Assembly: GCA_036918135.1 (NCBI GenBank)
Contig: JBALDB010000056.1
Location: 96,001 to 160,000, forward strand
Reading direction: 5' to 3'
Length of the DNA stretch: 64,000 bases
DNA from: Nostoc sp.
GTDB lineage: Bacteria; Cyanobacteriota; Cyanobacteriia; Cyanobacteriales; Nostocaceae
In this document: in pieces, positions 31,537-43,461 of the stretch
How positions within the stretch are numbered: the first letter of the stretch is position 1
Layout: the number at the start of each line of letters is the position of its first letter
Notes under the pieces: generated by a model
What the model was told of the DNA's origin: nothing
What the model saw: the letters and a program-made list of their open reading frames with translations, nothing else
The model's database searches: none
Program-made: the position numbers and the translations under genes

Positions 31537-32298
31537 ATGCAAATGCTTAGTGTCTTAAACGCCTTTAATTCTTTTCCCCTCGCCGAATTAGAAGTAGGTC
31601 ATCATTTCTACTGGCAGTTGGGCAATCTTAAAATTCATGGGCAAGTTTTTCTCACCTCATGGTTTGTGATTAGCATTTTAGTAGTGGCTTCAATAGCTGC
31701 TACTCGCAACGCCCAGAAAATTCCCAAGGGCATCCAAAATTTGATGGAATATGCTCTAGAGTTTATTCGGGATCTGGCAAAAAACCAACTTGGTGAGAAA
31801 GAGTACCGCCCTTGGGTGCCATTTATTGGTACGTTGTTCTTGTTTATTTTCGTATCGAACTGGTCAGGCGCGCTAATTCCCTGGAAGCTAATCAAGCTAC
31901 CTTCGGGTGAATTGGCAGCTCCCACCAATGACATCAATACAACCGTTGCATTGGCACTGCTAACCTCTTTAGCGTACTTTTATGCGGGTTTTAGCAAGCG
32001 GGGTTTGGGCTACTTTAAGAAGTATATAGAGCCAACACCTGTGCTGTTGCCGATCGCAATTCTTGAAGATTTTACTAAGCCCCTCTCCCTAAGCTTCCGT
32101 CTTTTTGGCAATATACTGGCGGATGAATTGGTAGTAGCGGTGCTAGTCCTGCTAGTTCCTTTATTTATACCTCTGCCTGTAATGGCCTTGGGTTTGTTTA
32201 CCAGTGCCATTCAAGCCCTGGTTTTTGCTACCCTAGCCGGAGCATACATTCATGAGGCAATGGAGGGACACGGTGGAGAAGAGCATGAGGAGCATTAA
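31537..32298 (+). CDS. atpB: ATP synthase Fo subunit a
   Basis: [26 protein letters not shown] (called atpI in cyanobacterial nomenclature). Confidence 0.97.
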   Translation: MQMLSVLNAFNSFPLAELEVGHHFYWQLGNLKIHGQVFLTSWFVISILVVASIAATRNAQKIPKGIQNLMEYALEFIRDLAKNQLGEKEYRPWVPFIGTLFLFIFVSNWSGALIPWKLIKLPSGELAAPTNDINTTVALALLTSLAYFYAGFSKRGLGYFKKYIEPTPVLLPIAILEDFTKPLSLSFRLFGNILADELVVAVLVLLVPLFIPLPVMALGLFTSAIQALVFATLAGAYIHEAMEGHGGEEHEEH

Positions 32299-32488
32299 AT
32301 TCAGTCAACAGCGAACAGTTAACAGTTATTGAGCGTGCGGCAAAACTGACGAATGATAACTGATAACTGATAACTGTTAAGCTTCTCAGTTGATAGCACA
32401 GTTCCAAGAGCGGTATGCGCTCAAAATGTCGCCAAGCGCGATTTGTGAGAACTCGGTGCAGCGTGAAAAACACGTTTCTAGTAGTTAA

Positions 32489-32779
<291 letters not shown>

Positions 32780-33108
32780 AACCTCAGAAGTTTTTGTGAG
32801 TGTGGAGACGTGAACCATCACGCCTCTACAATCTAGGAGATTTTGGGCATTAACAATTTTAGATTTGGAATTTTGGATTTTGGATTATCAACAGTTTTTG
32901 GTACATACGCCGAAACTGATAGGTAGAAAAAATTTCAAATTATCAATCTAAAATACCCACAACGTACCCTTGGGTTGGTGTTCATCTAAAATCCTCGCTC
33001 TAAAATCCAAAATCCCTTGACCCTTCTTGGCTATGGGTCTCTAAAATATCAAAGGTTGGATGATTTTGCTAGCCATGAAAACTGCTACTCCAGCCAAAGA
33101 GGAGAGAA

Positions 33109-33537
33109 ATGTTTGATTTCGATGCTACCTTGCCCTTCATGGCATTGCAGTTCCTGCTATTGGCAGCTTTGTTGAATGTAATTTTCTATAAACCACTCAC
33201 CAAGGTACTAGACGATCGCGATAATTACATCCGAACGAATACCCTTGAGGCAAAGGAAAGCTTAGCGAAAGCTGAGCGGTTAGCCGCCGAATATGAACAG
33301 CAGCTCGCAGACGCTCGCAGACAATCGCAAGCTACTGTAGAAGCAGCTCAAGTAGAAGCGAAGAAAATTACTGCCGAAAAAATCGCTGAGGCGCAAAAAG
33401 AAGCTCAGTCTCAACGAGAACAAGCTGCTGTTGAAATAGAACAACAAAAGCAGGAAGCTTTACGTACCTTAGAGCAACAAGTTGATGGTCTAAGCAGGCA
33501 GATTCTAGAAAAATTATTAGGACCAACTCCAGTTTAG
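33109..33537 (+). CDS. atpG: ATP synthase Fo subunit b'
   Basis: [15 protein letters not shown]...FYKPL plus coiled coil. Confidence 0.93.
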   Translation: MFDFDATLPFMALQFLLLAALLNVIFYKPLTKVLDDRDNYIRTNTLEAKESLAKAERLAAEYEQQLADARRQSQATVEAAQVEAKKITAEKIAEAQKEAQSQREQAAVEIEQQKQEALRTLEQQVDGLSRQILEKLLGPTPV

Positions 33538-33856
33538 ATTATCTGACAAGATTGGTTCTGTAAAAGCATACGCGCAACTGGCCCCAAATCCAGAGCGCTT
33601 TATTAAGTGTCAAAAAAAGGGTAAGAATTCAGCACCCGGGAGTCAGAAGTTAAAATTGCTCAGGAATGTAGTTATGGTTGGTATATTTATTTATCATATA
33701 TTCTCCTGCCTTAACTGTTTTGACTCCTGAATTCTGTCAAAAAAAGGCACTTTTTTTCCTTGGGGATAAAGATACTAGATTTCCCTTGGGATTAAAGATA
33801 CCGGATTTACCTTTGGGAAAATAGAACGTATTAGCAAGCGAGCAGCGCACTTGTAG

Positions 33857-34429
33857 ATGGGTATCATGGGCACATTCTTTTTACTTGCCGCAGAAGCGCA
33901 CGCTGTTCACTCTGAAATGGCAGAAGGCGCAGCAGAGGGTGGTTTTGGTCTAAATCTAGACATTTTAGAAACCAATCTCATCAATCTAGCGATTTTGGTT
34001 GGCATATTATTCTACTTCGGACGTAAAGTTTTAAGCAATATCCTGAACGAGCGACAATCCAATATTGCCACCGCCATTCAGGAAGCAGAAGGGCGCTTAA
34101 AAGAGGCAAAGATTGCCCTATCCCAAGCGCAAGAGCAGTTAACCAAAGCTCAAGCAGAGGCACAAAGCATCCGGAAATCTGCCCAAGAAAATGCTCAAAA
34201 GGCGAAAGAAGCCTTATTAGCGAAGGCGGCGCAAGACGTAGAACGCTTGAAACAAACAGCCGCAGCAGATTTAAACACCGAACAAGAGCGAGCGATCGCC
34301 CAACTGCGGCAACGGGTAGCTACACTAGCATTACAAAGAGTCGAGTCGCAACTCAAAGGCGGAATTGCTGACGATGCTCAACAAAGTTTAATTGACCGCA
34401 GCATCGCACAACTCGGAGGTAGCGTATGA
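33857..34429 (+). CDS. atpF: ATP synthase Fo subunit b
   Basis: [18 protein letters not shown] plus coiled coil. Confidence 0.95.
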   Translation: MGIMGTFFLLAAEAHAVHSEMAEGAAEGGFGLNLDILETNLINLAILVGILFYFGRKVLSNILNERQSNIATAIQEAEGRLKEAKIALSQAQEQLTKAQAEAQSIRKSAQENAQKAKEALLAKAAQDVERLKQTAAADLNTEQERAIAQLRQRVATLALQRVESQLKGGIADDAQQSLIDRSIAQLGGSV

Positions 34430-34980
34430 CAAGTCAAGTAGCGACAATCGAAATAGCCCAGCCATACGCACAAGCACTTTTGTCAATAGCGCAATCAAAA
34501 AATTTGACAGAAGAGTTCGGAGAAGATGCGCGTACTCTCGTGAGCCTGCTCTCCACAAACAAAGAGCTAGAAAACTTTTTGGGCAACCCATTTATTCAGC
34601 CTGAGAACAAAAAATCTCTGATCAGACAAATAGTCGGTGAAAGCGCTAATCCCTACTTACGCAATTTTTTGCTGGTATTGGTAGATAAGCGGCGTATTGC
34701 CTTCTTAGAACCGATTTTACAACAATATCTGGCGCTGTTGCGGCAGCTGAACCAAACCGTATTAGCGGAAGTAACTTCAGCCGTTCCCCTCACAAAAGCT
34801 CAACAGCAAGCAATTACAGAAAAGGTGATTGCCATCACTAATGCTCGTCAGGTAGAACTAGAAACAAAAGTTGATGGCGAATTGATTGGTGGTGTAATTA
34901 TTAAAGTCGGCTCCCAAGTAATTGACGCCAGTATTCGGGGTCAGCTGCGCCGCCTTTCATTGCGCTTAACTAGTAGCTAG
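34426..34980 (+). CDS. atpH: ATP synthase F1 subunit delta
   Basis: [26 protein letters not shown]. Confidence 0.95.
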   Translation: MTSQVATIEIAQPYAQALLSIAQSKNLTEEFGEDARTLVSLLSTNKELENFLGNPFIQPENKKSLIRQIVGESANPYLRNFLLVLVDKRRIAFLEPILQQYLALLRQLNQTVLAEVTSAVPLTKAQQQAITEKVIAITNARQVELETKVDGELIGGVIIKVGSQVIDASIRGQLRRLSLRLTSS

Positions 34981-35229
34981 AAAATTAAAAGTACAGACGC
35001 GATTAGTTGCGTCTGTACAACAGTTAGGAGTTGGGAGTAGAGACGCAATTAACGCAAGTCTTTCCAAGAGTTAGGAGTTAAGTAAACAGTAATTTATTTT
35101 GACTTTTAACTTTTATCTTTGCTTTTTTTACTCATCACTTCTGACTTGTGACTCTAAACTCATCGCTCCTAACTCTTAACTCCTAACTAAAATTACTTCT
35201 TCCGTCTCCAAACCAAAAAAGATAGACAC

Positions 35230-36750
35230 ATGAGCATATCAATTAGACCAGACGAAATCAGCAGCATTATTCAACAACAAATCGAGCAATACGACCAAGA
35301 AGTCAAAGTTGCTAACGTTGGTACTGTCCTGCAAGTTGGTGACGGTATTGCCCGGATTTATGGTCTGGAAAAGGCTATGGCTGGGGAACTCTTAGAATTT
35401 GAAGACGGTACAGTCGGTATCGCCCAGAACTTAGAAGAAGACAATGTGGGTGCGGTACTCATGGGTGAAGGTCTGGAAATTCAAGAAGGTAGCTCCGTAA
35501 CCGCTACTGGTAGAATCGCCCAGGTACCCGTAGGGGAAGCTTTAATTGGACGAGTTGTAGATGGCTTGGGTCGTGCTATTGACGGTAAGGGAGACATCAA
35601 AACCTCAGAAAGCCGTTTGATTGAATCTCCAGCACCTGGTATTATTGCCCGCAGGTCTGTACACGAACCCATGCAAACGGGTATCACAGCTATTGACTCA
35701 ATGATTCCCATCGGTCGCGGCCAGCGGGAATTGATTATTGGTGACCGTCAAACCGGCAAAACTGCGATCGCCATTGATACAATCATTAATCAAAAAGAAG
35801 AAGATGTAGTTTGCGTCTACGTTGCAGTTGGTCAAAAAGCTTCCACCGTCGCTAACGTGGTGCAGACACTACAAGAAAAAGGCGCGATGGATTACACCGT
35901 TGTCGTCACCGCTAATGCCAGTGACCCAGCTACCTTACAATACCTAGCTCCTTACACAGGCGCAACTATTGCTGAGTACTTCATGTACAAAGGCAAAGCT
36001 ACCTTAGTAATTTACGATGACCTCTCCAAGCAAGCCCAAGCCTATCGGCAAATGTCCCTGTTGCTACGTCGTCCACCCGGACGGGAAGCTTACCCTGGAG
36101 ATGTATTTTACATCCACTCCCGCTTGTTAGAAAGAGCAGCCAAGCTCAGCGATGAATTAGGTAAAGGCAGCATGACCGCCCTACCAATCATCGAAACCCA
36201 AGCTGGTGACGTTTCAGCATACATTCCTACCAATGTAATTTCAATTACCGACGGTCAGATATTCTTGTCTTCTGACTTGTTCAACGCTGGTATCCGTCCC
36301 GCTGTAAACCCAGGTATTTCGGTATCGCGTGTAGGTTCTGCGGCTCAAACCAAGGCAATGAAAAAAGTTGCCGGTAAAATTAAATTGGAACTGGCACAAT
36401 TCGACGACTTGCAAGCCTTCGCACAATTTGCTTCTGACTTAGATAAAGCCACTCAAGACCAATTAGCACGGGGTCAACGCTTGCGGGAATTGCTCAAGCA
36501 ACCCCAAAACGCTCCTCTGTCGGTATACGAGCAAGTAGCGATTCTCTATGCTGGTATCAACGGATATTTAGATGATGTACCTGTAGATAAAGTTACCAGC
36601 TTTACCCAAGGTCTCCGGGAGTACTTGAAGACAGGTAAGCCCCAGTACGCGCAAGCAGTACAAAGCAAGAAAGTACTGGATGCTGATGAAGAAGCAGCCT
36701 TGAAAGAAGCACTCACGGAATACAAAAAGACCTTCAAAGCAGCAGCGTAA
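35230..36750 (+). CDS. atpA: ATP synthase F1 subunit alpha
   Basis: [22 protein letters not shown]. Confidence 0.98.
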   Translation: MSISIRPDEISSIIQQQIEQYDQEVKVANVGTVLQVGDGIARIYGLEKAMAGELLEFEDGTVGIAQNLEEDNVGAVLMGEGLEIQEGSSVTATGRIAQVPVGEALIGRVVDGLGRAIDGKGDIKTSESRLIESPAPGIIARRSVHEPMQTGITAIDSMIPIGRGQRELIIGDRQTGKTAIAIDTIINQKEEDVVCVYVAVGQKASTVANVVQTLQEKGAMDYTVVVTANASDPATLQYLAPYTGATIAEYFMYKGKATLVIYDDLSKQAQAYRQMSLLLRRPPGREAYPGDVFYIHSRLLERAAKLSDELGKGSMTALPIIETQAGDVSAYIPTNVISITDGQIFLSSDLFNAGIRPAVNPGISVSRVGSAAQTKAMKKVAGKIKLELAQFDDLQAFAQFASDLDKATQDQLARGQRLRELLKQPQNAPLSVYEQVAILYAGINGYLDDVPVDKVTSFTQGLREYLKTGKPQYAQAVQSKKVLDADEEAALKEALTEYKKTFKAAA

Positions 36751-36783
36751 TTAGTCATTAGTCATTAGTCATTAGTCATTGGT
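36748..36783. repeat. Heptamer short tandem repeats (STRR type)
   Basis: (ttagtca)x4; similar heptamer arrays near 36985-37010, 43420-43450 and 61672-61695. Confidence 0.8.
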
Positions 36784-37022
36784 AAATACAGCAGAATTCA
36801 GAATTAGAATAGGCTCTCTATCTAGTTTTGACATCTAAATGGTGTACTTTACGTTTGTAATCCACTGTAACTAATGACTAGTGACAAAGCGCAAAGTCAG
36901 AGCGCCGACTTAGGGCACAGACGCTCAAAGGGCGGCAAAACAGAGATATCTGTTAGCGACTCTAGAGCGTCACTTTGCAACAAAGGACAAATGACAAATG
37001 ACTAAGGACTAAGAACAAAAAT

Positions 37023-37970
37023 ATGGCCAATCTTAAAGCAATACGCGATCGCATTCAGTCGGTCAAAAACACCAAAAAAATCACAGAAGCCATGCGCCTA
37101 GTAGCGGCAGCTAGGGTGCGTCGGGCGCAAGAACAAGTGCTAGCAACTCGCCCCTTTGCCGACCGCTTGGCACAAGTGTTGTATGGTTTGCAAAGCCGTC
37201 TGCGGTTTGAAGAAGCAAACCTGCCACTGCTAAGAAAACGCCAAGTTAAGTCCGTGGCGCTTTTGGTTGTCTCTGGCGATCGGGGTCTATGCGGTGGTTA
37301 CAATACTAACGTTATTCGTCGTGCCGAAAACCGCGCCAAGGAACTCAAGGCAGAAGGTGTAAATTATACATACGTGCTTATTGGGCGCAAAGCTACACAG
37401 TACTTTCAACGCCGCAGTCAACCCATTGACGGCACATACAGCGGCTTAGAGCAAATTCCCACCGCAGCCGAAGCTACTGAAATTGCTGACCAACTACTTT
37501 CGTTGTTCCTTTCGGAAAAAGTAGACCGGGTTGAATTAATTTATACCAGGTTTGTCTCATTAGTTAGCTCGCGTCCTGTGGTGCAAACTCTGCTACCCCT
37601 AGATGCCCAAGGTTTAGAAGCAAGCGATGACGAAATCTTCCGCTTGACAACCCGTGGCGGTCAATTTCAAGTCGAACGCGAGAAAGTAACTAATCAAGTG
37701 CGGTCATTAGCTCCTGACATGATTTTCGAGCAAGATCCGCTACAGATTCTTGATTCTTTGTTGCCCCTATATCTGAGTAACCAGCTATTGCGGGCACTCC
37801 AAGAATCAGCGGCTAGCGAGTTAGCAGCCCGGATGACAGCTATGAGTAACGCCAGTGATAACGCTGGTGAATTGATTAACACGCTCACCCTGTCTTACAA
37901 CAAAGCCCGACAAGCGGCAATTACCCAAGAACTCCTTGAGGTTGTGGGTGGTGCCGAAGCATTAACTTAG
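37023..37970 (+). CDS. atpC: ATP synthase F1 subunit gamma
   Basis: [40 protein letters not shown]. Confidence 0.97.
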   Translation: MANLKAIRDRIQSVKNTKKITEAMRLVAAARVRRAQEQVLATRPFADRLAQVLYGLQSRLRFEEANLPLLRKRQVKSVALLVVSGDRGLCGGYNTNVIRRAENRAKELKAEGVNYTYVLIGRKATQYFQRRSQPIDGTYSGLEQIPTAAEATEIADQLLSLFLSEKVDRVELIYTRFVSLVSSRPVVQTLLPLDAQGLEASDDEIFRLTTRGGQFQVEREKVTNQVRSLAPDMIFEQDPLQILDSLLPLYLSNQLLRALQESAASELAARMTAMSNASDNAGELINTLTLSYNKARQAAITQELLEVVGGAEALT

Positions 37971-37996
37971 GGAATAGCCACTTGCTAGCCATCACA

Positions 37997-38045
37997 AATA
38001 GCTAATTGCTGGGAGATTTAAAACTAGCGATTAGCTATTTTTAAT
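37997..38045. terminator. Hairpin terminator after the atp operon
   Basis: aatagctaattgctgg...ctagcgattagctatt followed by a T-run. Confidence 0.55.
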
Positions 38046-38137
38046 TTTGAGGTCAATCACAATAGTGGAATAAACTAACCGATTCGTATCATCAATTCGC
38101 CGCGACCAATAGCCAACTAATGTAATGATGACCGCCC

Positions 38138-38710
38138 CTAACTTCGTGACACAAAAAGACGTGCTACTTCACAGGCAAAGTTAGGCAGCAATGGCGATGT
38201 AATCACATCATCTACTAGCAATGTCGTAACCAGTTTTAATTGAGCATTGTCTCGTCGATAGACTTCAATTCTTTGAGCGATGCGATCGACAATCCAATAT
38301 TCCTTGACTCCTTGAACCGAATACAATTTCAACTTAGCTAATCGATCGCGGTCTTCATTGGCTTTTCCTTTTGACAGCACTTCCACCACCAGTTCCGGCG
38401 CTCCGTGAAAATGCCCCGCCTCATCTTGAATTTGAGCCAACCGTTTATAACTTACCCACACCACATCGGGAGCTACATTATCAGAGTCCGAAAAAATCAG
38501 TCCTGGCATAATGGAAGCTTCTCCTAAACCACTCTCCAAAGACCAATTATCTAAGACGGCAAAGATTCGACCTGTAGTCTGTTGATGTTTATGGTGGGGC
38601 GATCGCGTGACAAACAATTCTCCATCAATAATCTGATAACGAATCCATTCGTTATCAGGTAATGCTGCAATATCTTGAATTGTCCAGCGAATGCTTGTAG
38701 TCTGACTCAT
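38138..38710 (-). CDS. Uma2 family (DUF820) endonuclease-like protein
   Basis: YQIIDGEL, PDVVW, APELVVEVLS, KLKLY..GVKEYWIVD. Confidence 0.9.
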   Translation of the reverse strand: MSQTTSIRWTIQDIAALPDNEWIRYQIIDGELFVTRSPHHKHQQTTGRIFAVLDNWSLESGLGEASIMPGLIFSDSDNVAPDVVWVSYKRLAQIQDEAGHFHGAPELVVEVLSKGKANEDRDRLAKLKLYSVQGVKEYWIVDRIAQRIEVYRRDNAQLKLVTTLLVDDVITSPLLPNFACEVARLFVSRS

Positions 38711-38801
38711 GACAATTAAGCCTGATTAATGAGAGTTTAATATTTCTTTGTCTTCTTGTGACACATTTCCTTAACAGTAAACTATAATATATATAGCGTA
38801 T

Positions 38802-39191
38802 GGGTCCGTCACGGTTTCGACAGGTTGGCGAACGCTGCTCTGTGATTCAGGTCGAGAGTGAGTCATCTCTCGGAAATCAAAGGCTCAAAACAAAAGTAAA
38901 TGCGAATAACATCGTAAAATTTGCTCGTCGGGAAGCTCTAGTAGCAGCCTAAAATACCTCTTACAGGTTCGAGCGTCTTTAGTTTGACTCCGTTAAGGAC
39001 TAGGGACAAACCCCAACGGATGCTCTAGCAAGCGTTCTCTGGTTGGCTTGCTGGCTAAGATTAAATCAGAGCATCCTACGTTCGGGATAATGAACGATTC
39101 CCGCCTTGAGGATCAAAAAGGCTAAACCTGTGAATGAGTGGGGGGTCAATACCCAATTTGGACAGCAGTTCGACTCTGCTCGGATCCACTA
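38802..39191 (+). ncRNA. ssrA: tmRNA
   Basis: 5' GGGTCCG pairs with 3' CGGATCC-A; T-arm GCAGTTCGACTCTGC; tag ORF ANNIVKFARREALVAA* at 38902-38952; TATAAT at 38783-38788; CCA not encoded. Confidence 0.95.
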
Positions 39192-39204
39192 AAGAACAAC
39201 TAAC

Positions 39205-39248
39205 AAGTCCACCTGATAATTTGAGATCGAGGTGGATTTTGTTTTTTG
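39205..39248 (+). terminator. Intrinsic terminator downstream of ssrA
   Basis: aagtccacct...aggtggattt followed by T-rich tail. Confidence 0.55.
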
Positions 39249-39277
39249 TTGTCTTAATAGAACTAGAGATAAAAATT

Positions 39278-39664
39278 TCAAGTTGTTAACAAGCTAGGTG
39301 CTTTAATTCGCAATAAAGCACCTAGTCCCAAAAGTACCTGATTACAAACAGATTCAATTGCAGGGCGTTCTACATAAACGAAGTCCGGTTCTGGCAAACA
39401 GACAAACGGCTCTTGAATTTTAGTTTGACTGGGGCTGTCACTGTCGTCAAGAGCTGCGATCGCTTGCCAATCTTGTCCCAACTTGTGACAACTTTCTTGA
39501 AAATACCAAAAATCAACAGGTTTTTGATTGAGGAAGTTGCTAACTGTCGCTAGAGAACATCCTAATTCCTCAGCCAAATCTTTTTAACGTGGATAACCAT
39601 AACGCTTAGCAGCCGACTTGACTTTTTAGATACAATCTTTGCGAACTGTAACTGAGCGTGACAT
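39278..39664 (-). pseudogene. Truncated HTH + AAA-like (AAA_35-type) gene remnant
   Basis: MSRSVTVRKDCI*KVKSAAKRYGYPR*KDLAEELGCSLATVSNFLNQKPV...YVERPAIE...LLRIKAPSLLTT*; two in-frame stops and a break at the expected Walker A. Confidence 0.7.
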
Positions 39665-39823
39665 TACTAGATATTGTGTGGGAAGATGTTCAGATTATAT
39701 AGTTTGCTCTCCACATTTTCTAAAAACTCAGTTATCAGTCAGTTATTTAAGCAATTTGCAGTTGAATCAAATAAATTAGCTTAGTACAAACAAAAGCAGT
39801 TTTAACTACTCTGCTTCTAGACA

Positions 39824-40258
39824 TTATACGGCTACATTTCCAAACTTACTTTGCCTTTTTTTGAGTACCCGTCTTAGTCGATCTGCACTCAAATTTACCT
39901 GACGTTCAGATGCCAGTTTATTTGCGAGTTCTTTATAATTATAAGCCTTTGGCTGTTGAGATAAGCACTTTTCTAAATAAATCAAATCTAATTCCGAATA
40001 TCGAGGTTTTCCTCCTCGACCAGCAGCATCCCATAAGCCTACTAACCCTAACTTTTCCCAACGATGAAGGGTTTGACGTACTGTTGAAATAGCCCAATTC
40101 AAGCCTTTAGCAATTTGCTCATTTTTTAAGCCACGAGCATTCAACAGTAAAACTTGGGCACGATCCTTTGTACGTTGAGGAACATCTTTGGCTTTTCTTA
40201 ACTCTTCTAGAGTCAGCTTTTCTTCTTCAGTTAGAAAAACTTTCAATCGGCATCCCAT
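39824..40258 (-). CDS. IS630-type helix-turn-helix protein (transposase N-terminal-like, no DDE domain)
   Basis: LTEEEKLTL..RAQVLLL..G..IAKGL..TVRQTLHRW..GL.GL.D..GRGGKP...LSADRLRRVLKK. Confidence 0.7.
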   Translation of the reverse strand: MGCRLKVFLTEEEKLTLEELRKAKDVPQRTKDRAQVLLLNARGLKNEQIAKGLNWAISTVRQTLHRWEKLGLVGLWDAAGRGGKPRYSELDLIYLEKCLSQQPKAYNYKELANKLASERQVNLSADRLRRVLKKRQSKFGNVAV

Positions 40259-40926
40259 AAATAATAACCTTTGATACAGTCAACTTTTAGCACTTTTATA
40301 TCTATATCAGACCTCTATATTTACTACGGACACATCTAAATAATACGCTACTAAACAAATAATAAGTATTAGCAATGCCAGAGTTTAGTCTGATGTCTAC
40401 GACGCACAAAATATTTGGCTTGATAATATTTTCAAGTTTGGGAAATTATCATAGTCAATCAACTTTTAGAAAAATTTAGACGCATTAAAAAGTACAGCTT
40501 TAGTCTGTATAGGTATGCTTATTGAAGCATAGGCAGAGACCGTAGCTAATAGCTATGAGGATAATAGTTTGTTGGTGTTATCCTGATTACTGCCTAAAGT
40601 CGATCGTAAAAAAACTCTATCATTAAACTTAATTCCATTTATCGTATTTCTACCGACATTTATCGAAACTTTAAAAACGATTTTTCTCCGATTTTAGACT
40701 GGGATGAGCAAAAAAAGATATACAAGCCCAGTTTTTGATTTAACTCCTGTAACAAGATTAGCTTTGACTGTTTACTAAAAAATATCTGTTATCTCTACTT
40801 TACATAAAATTTATATTTTATGTAATAAGGTTGTTGGTTGAGACAACAATACATTTAATATCTATTGGGGTAAATACTAGTAACTGCTTATCTTTTGACA
40901 ATTCTTAAAAATCTGCAATCAAATTA

Positions 40927-40989
40927 TCTTACTTTTCATACCTTTCATACCTTTCTTACTTTTCATACCTTTCTTACTTTTCTTACTTA
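40927..40989. repeat. 9-bp tandem repeat (tcttacttt/tcatacctt), about 7 units
   Basis: tcttacttttcatacctttcatacctttcttacttttcatacctttcttacttttcttactt. Confidence 0.8.
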
Positions 40990-41565
40990 GTTATAAGAGA
41001 AGGGAAGATTTGGTTTTGGCAGATTGGTATTTAGATCTGGCTAAGGTTATACAAACCAAGTCCGCCTAGCTTACAGGAACGTCAACGTTAAATGCAGACT
41101 TGATGTAATTTATCTAGCTAGGATTTAATTTTAGTATTTCTTCTCAACTAATATGCTCCTTAATATATCACCTAAAAACTAATCATTTAAAATTCATGCT
41201 CGCTTAAGGAGTTGCGTATAAATCAAGGATTTATTTGTCAATTATGGTATGTATTAATTATTTATACATTTTTTTATATTTGAAATAATTTGGAATCTTT
41301 AAAAATTTTATAGTCAAAAAATCTCAGTGACATGATATTTTGTAATTATCATATAGTTGAGAAATAGCAAAATTATATACTCAGTAGATAATTAGAGATA
41401 AATTAGTATTTGGTAGATTTTTGGAGTTAAATTTTTAGCAAATAAATAGCAATAATTAATACAAGTTAAAAAAATCGAAAACTAATATTCATTACAACTT
41501 TAAAAAAATTTTCTAGGGATAATGGGGATAGAAAAAATCTGAAAATTTGCGCTCGGAGACGGATA

Positions 41566-43284
41566 ATGGTAGCGATCGCAGAGAACGTTCAACATCGGCT
41601 AACTATACAAACTGTAGAAATTGCCCCGAATACAACGGCGATTCGCTCTCTTGATTGGGACCGCGATCGCTTCGATATCGAATTCGGATTGCAAAATGGT
41701 ACAACCTACAATTCATATCTAATTAGGGGCGAACAAACAGTTTTGATTGATACTTCTCACCAGAAGTTTCGCGATCTGTATTTAGAGACTTTAAAAGGTC
41801 TTGTCAACCCCAAAACAATTGATTACATAATTGTCAGCCATACAGAGCCAGACCATAGCGGCTTAGTAGAAGATGTGCTTCAGTTAGCACCCAGAGCTAC
41901 TGTGCTAGCTTCCAAAGTTGCATTGCAATTTTTGGAAGGCCTAGTACACGATCCGTTTAGTAAGCGGGTTGTGAAAACAGGCGATCGCATAGATATCGGC
42001 AAAGGACACGAAATTGAATTCGTGAGTGCGCCTAACCTACACTGGCCGGACACAATCTTTAGTTTTGACCGCAAAACCCAAACCATCTACACCTGTGATG
42101 CATTTGGGATGCACTTTTGTGACGATCGCACCTTCGACGAAGATTTAGAAGCGATCGAAGCTGACTTTAGATTTTACTACGACTGCTTAATGGGCCCTAA
42201 CGCTCGTTCTCTGCTGAATGCCATGAAGAGAATGGGTGAATTAGGGAAAATTAATATTATCGCCAACGGTCACGGGCCTTTATTACACCACCATTTAGAT
42301 GTTCTAACTGGATGCTACGAAACTTGGAGCCACAGACAAACCAAAGCAGAAACAACAGTTGGCTTGTTCTTTGTCTCAGGTTACGGATATGGCGATCGAC
42401 TTGGTCATGCAATTGCTGAAGGAATCCAGAAAACAGGCGTTGGGGTGGAAGTCCTGGATCTAAATACTGCCCAAAGCCAAGAAATCCAAGAATTAGCTGG
42501 TAGAGCAGCTGGCATCATTATTGGTATGCCACCCAGCACCGGCGCCGCCGCCCAAGCCAGTATCAGTTCCCTGCTAGCTGTAGCCAAGAATAAGCAAGTA
42601 GTTGGGCTGTTTGAATGCTATGGCGGAGATGATGAACCCGTTGATACACTCCGAAGAAAATTTATTGACCTGGGTGTGAAAGAAGCCTTCCCTGCGATTC
42701 GGATTAAAGAAGCTCCCACAGCATCCACATTCCAATTGTGTCAAGAAGCAGGTACAGACTTGGGACAATTGCTGGTGCGCGATCGCAACATCAAGCAAAT
42801 CAAATCCCTTGATGTCAACATGGAAAAGGCGCTGGGTCGGATTAGCAGCGGACTTTATATCATTACAACCAAAAAAGGTGATGTCAGCAGTGCCATGCTA
42901 GCCTCTTGGGTATCACAAGCAAGCTTGCAACCATTAGGATTCACAATCGCCATTGCCAAAGACCGCGCCATTGATTCCTTAATGCAAGTAGGCGATCGCT
43001 TCGTCCTTAACGTACTGGAAGAAGGCAATTATCAAGAACTCAAGAAGCACTTTCTCAAGCGCTTACTTCCCGGTGCTGACCGATTTTCGGGAGTGAAAAC
43101 TCAAACCGCCAAAAACGGCTCCCCGATTCTGACTGATGCCCTAGCATACATGGAATGTGAAGTACAAAGCAGCATGGAGTGCAGCGACCACTGGATTTTA
43201 TACTGCACCGTCACTGAAGGTCGTGTCTCCAAAGTAGATGGACTAACCGCCATTCGCCATCGCAAAGTTGGAAATTACTACTAG
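41566..43284 (+). CDS. flv3B: Flavodiiron protein Flv3 (probably the heterocyst paralogue Flv3B)
   Basis: Canonical HTEPDH iron ligands, LHWPDT, GHGP, flavodoxin plus flavin reductase domains; tandem with flv1. Confidence 0.75.
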   Translation: MVAIAENVQHRLTIQTVEIAPNTTAIRSLDWDRDRFDIEFGLQNGTTYNSYLIRGEQTVLIDTSHQKFRDLYLETLKGLVNPKTIDYIIVSHTEPDHSGLVEDVLQLAPRATVLASKVALQFLEGLVHDPFSKRVVKTGDRIDIGKGHEIEFVSAPNLHWPDTIFSFDRKTQTIYTCDAFGMHFCDDRTFDEDLEAIEADFRFYYDCLMGPNARSLLNAMKRMGELGKINIIANGHGPLLHHHLDVLTGCYETWSHRQTKAETTVGLFFVSGYGYGDRLGHAIAEGIQKTGVGVEVLDLNTAQSQEIQELAGRAAGIIIGMPPSTGAAAQASISSLLAVAKNKQVVGLFECYGGDDEPVDTLRRKFIDLGVKEAFPAIRIKEAPTASTFQLCQEAGTDLGQLLVRDRNIKQIKSLDVNMEKALGRISSGLYIITTKKGDVSSAMLASWVSQASLQPLGFTIAIAKDRAIDSLMQVGDRFVLNVLEEGNYQELKKHFLKRLLPGADRFSGVKTQTAKNGSPILTDALAYMECEVQSSMECSDHWILYCTVTEGRVSKVDGLTAIRHRKVGNYY

Positions 43285-43452
43285 GAATTAGGTATGGGGA
43301 GATGGGGAAGTGTGGGGAGTGTGGGGAGAGAGGGGGGAAAGATTTCTTCCCCATCCTCCCACATCTCCCACACCTCCCACACTCCCTATCTTCCCACTAC
43401 CCCACCACCCCATACTCCCAATGCCCAATTCCCAATTCCCAATTCCCCAAAT
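43285..43452. repeat. G/C-rich palindromic element plus heptamer repeats
   Basis: gtgtggggag arms around aaagatttctt, then (cccaatt)n; the same core occurs inverted at 55340-55393. Confidence 0.65.
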
Positions 43453-43461
43453 TAAACACCT

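Noticed and set aside
33759..33817. Short ~26-bp tandem duplication between atpG and atpF
   Set aside because: Only about two degenerate units; no evidence of function.
39824..40258. Complete IS630 element
   Set aside because: No DDE catalytic region or terminal inverted repeats recognised.
40260..41565. NtcA or heterocyst-specific regulatory sites upstream of flv3B
   Set aside because: No convincing GTA-N8-TAC site found by eye in very AT-rich DNA.
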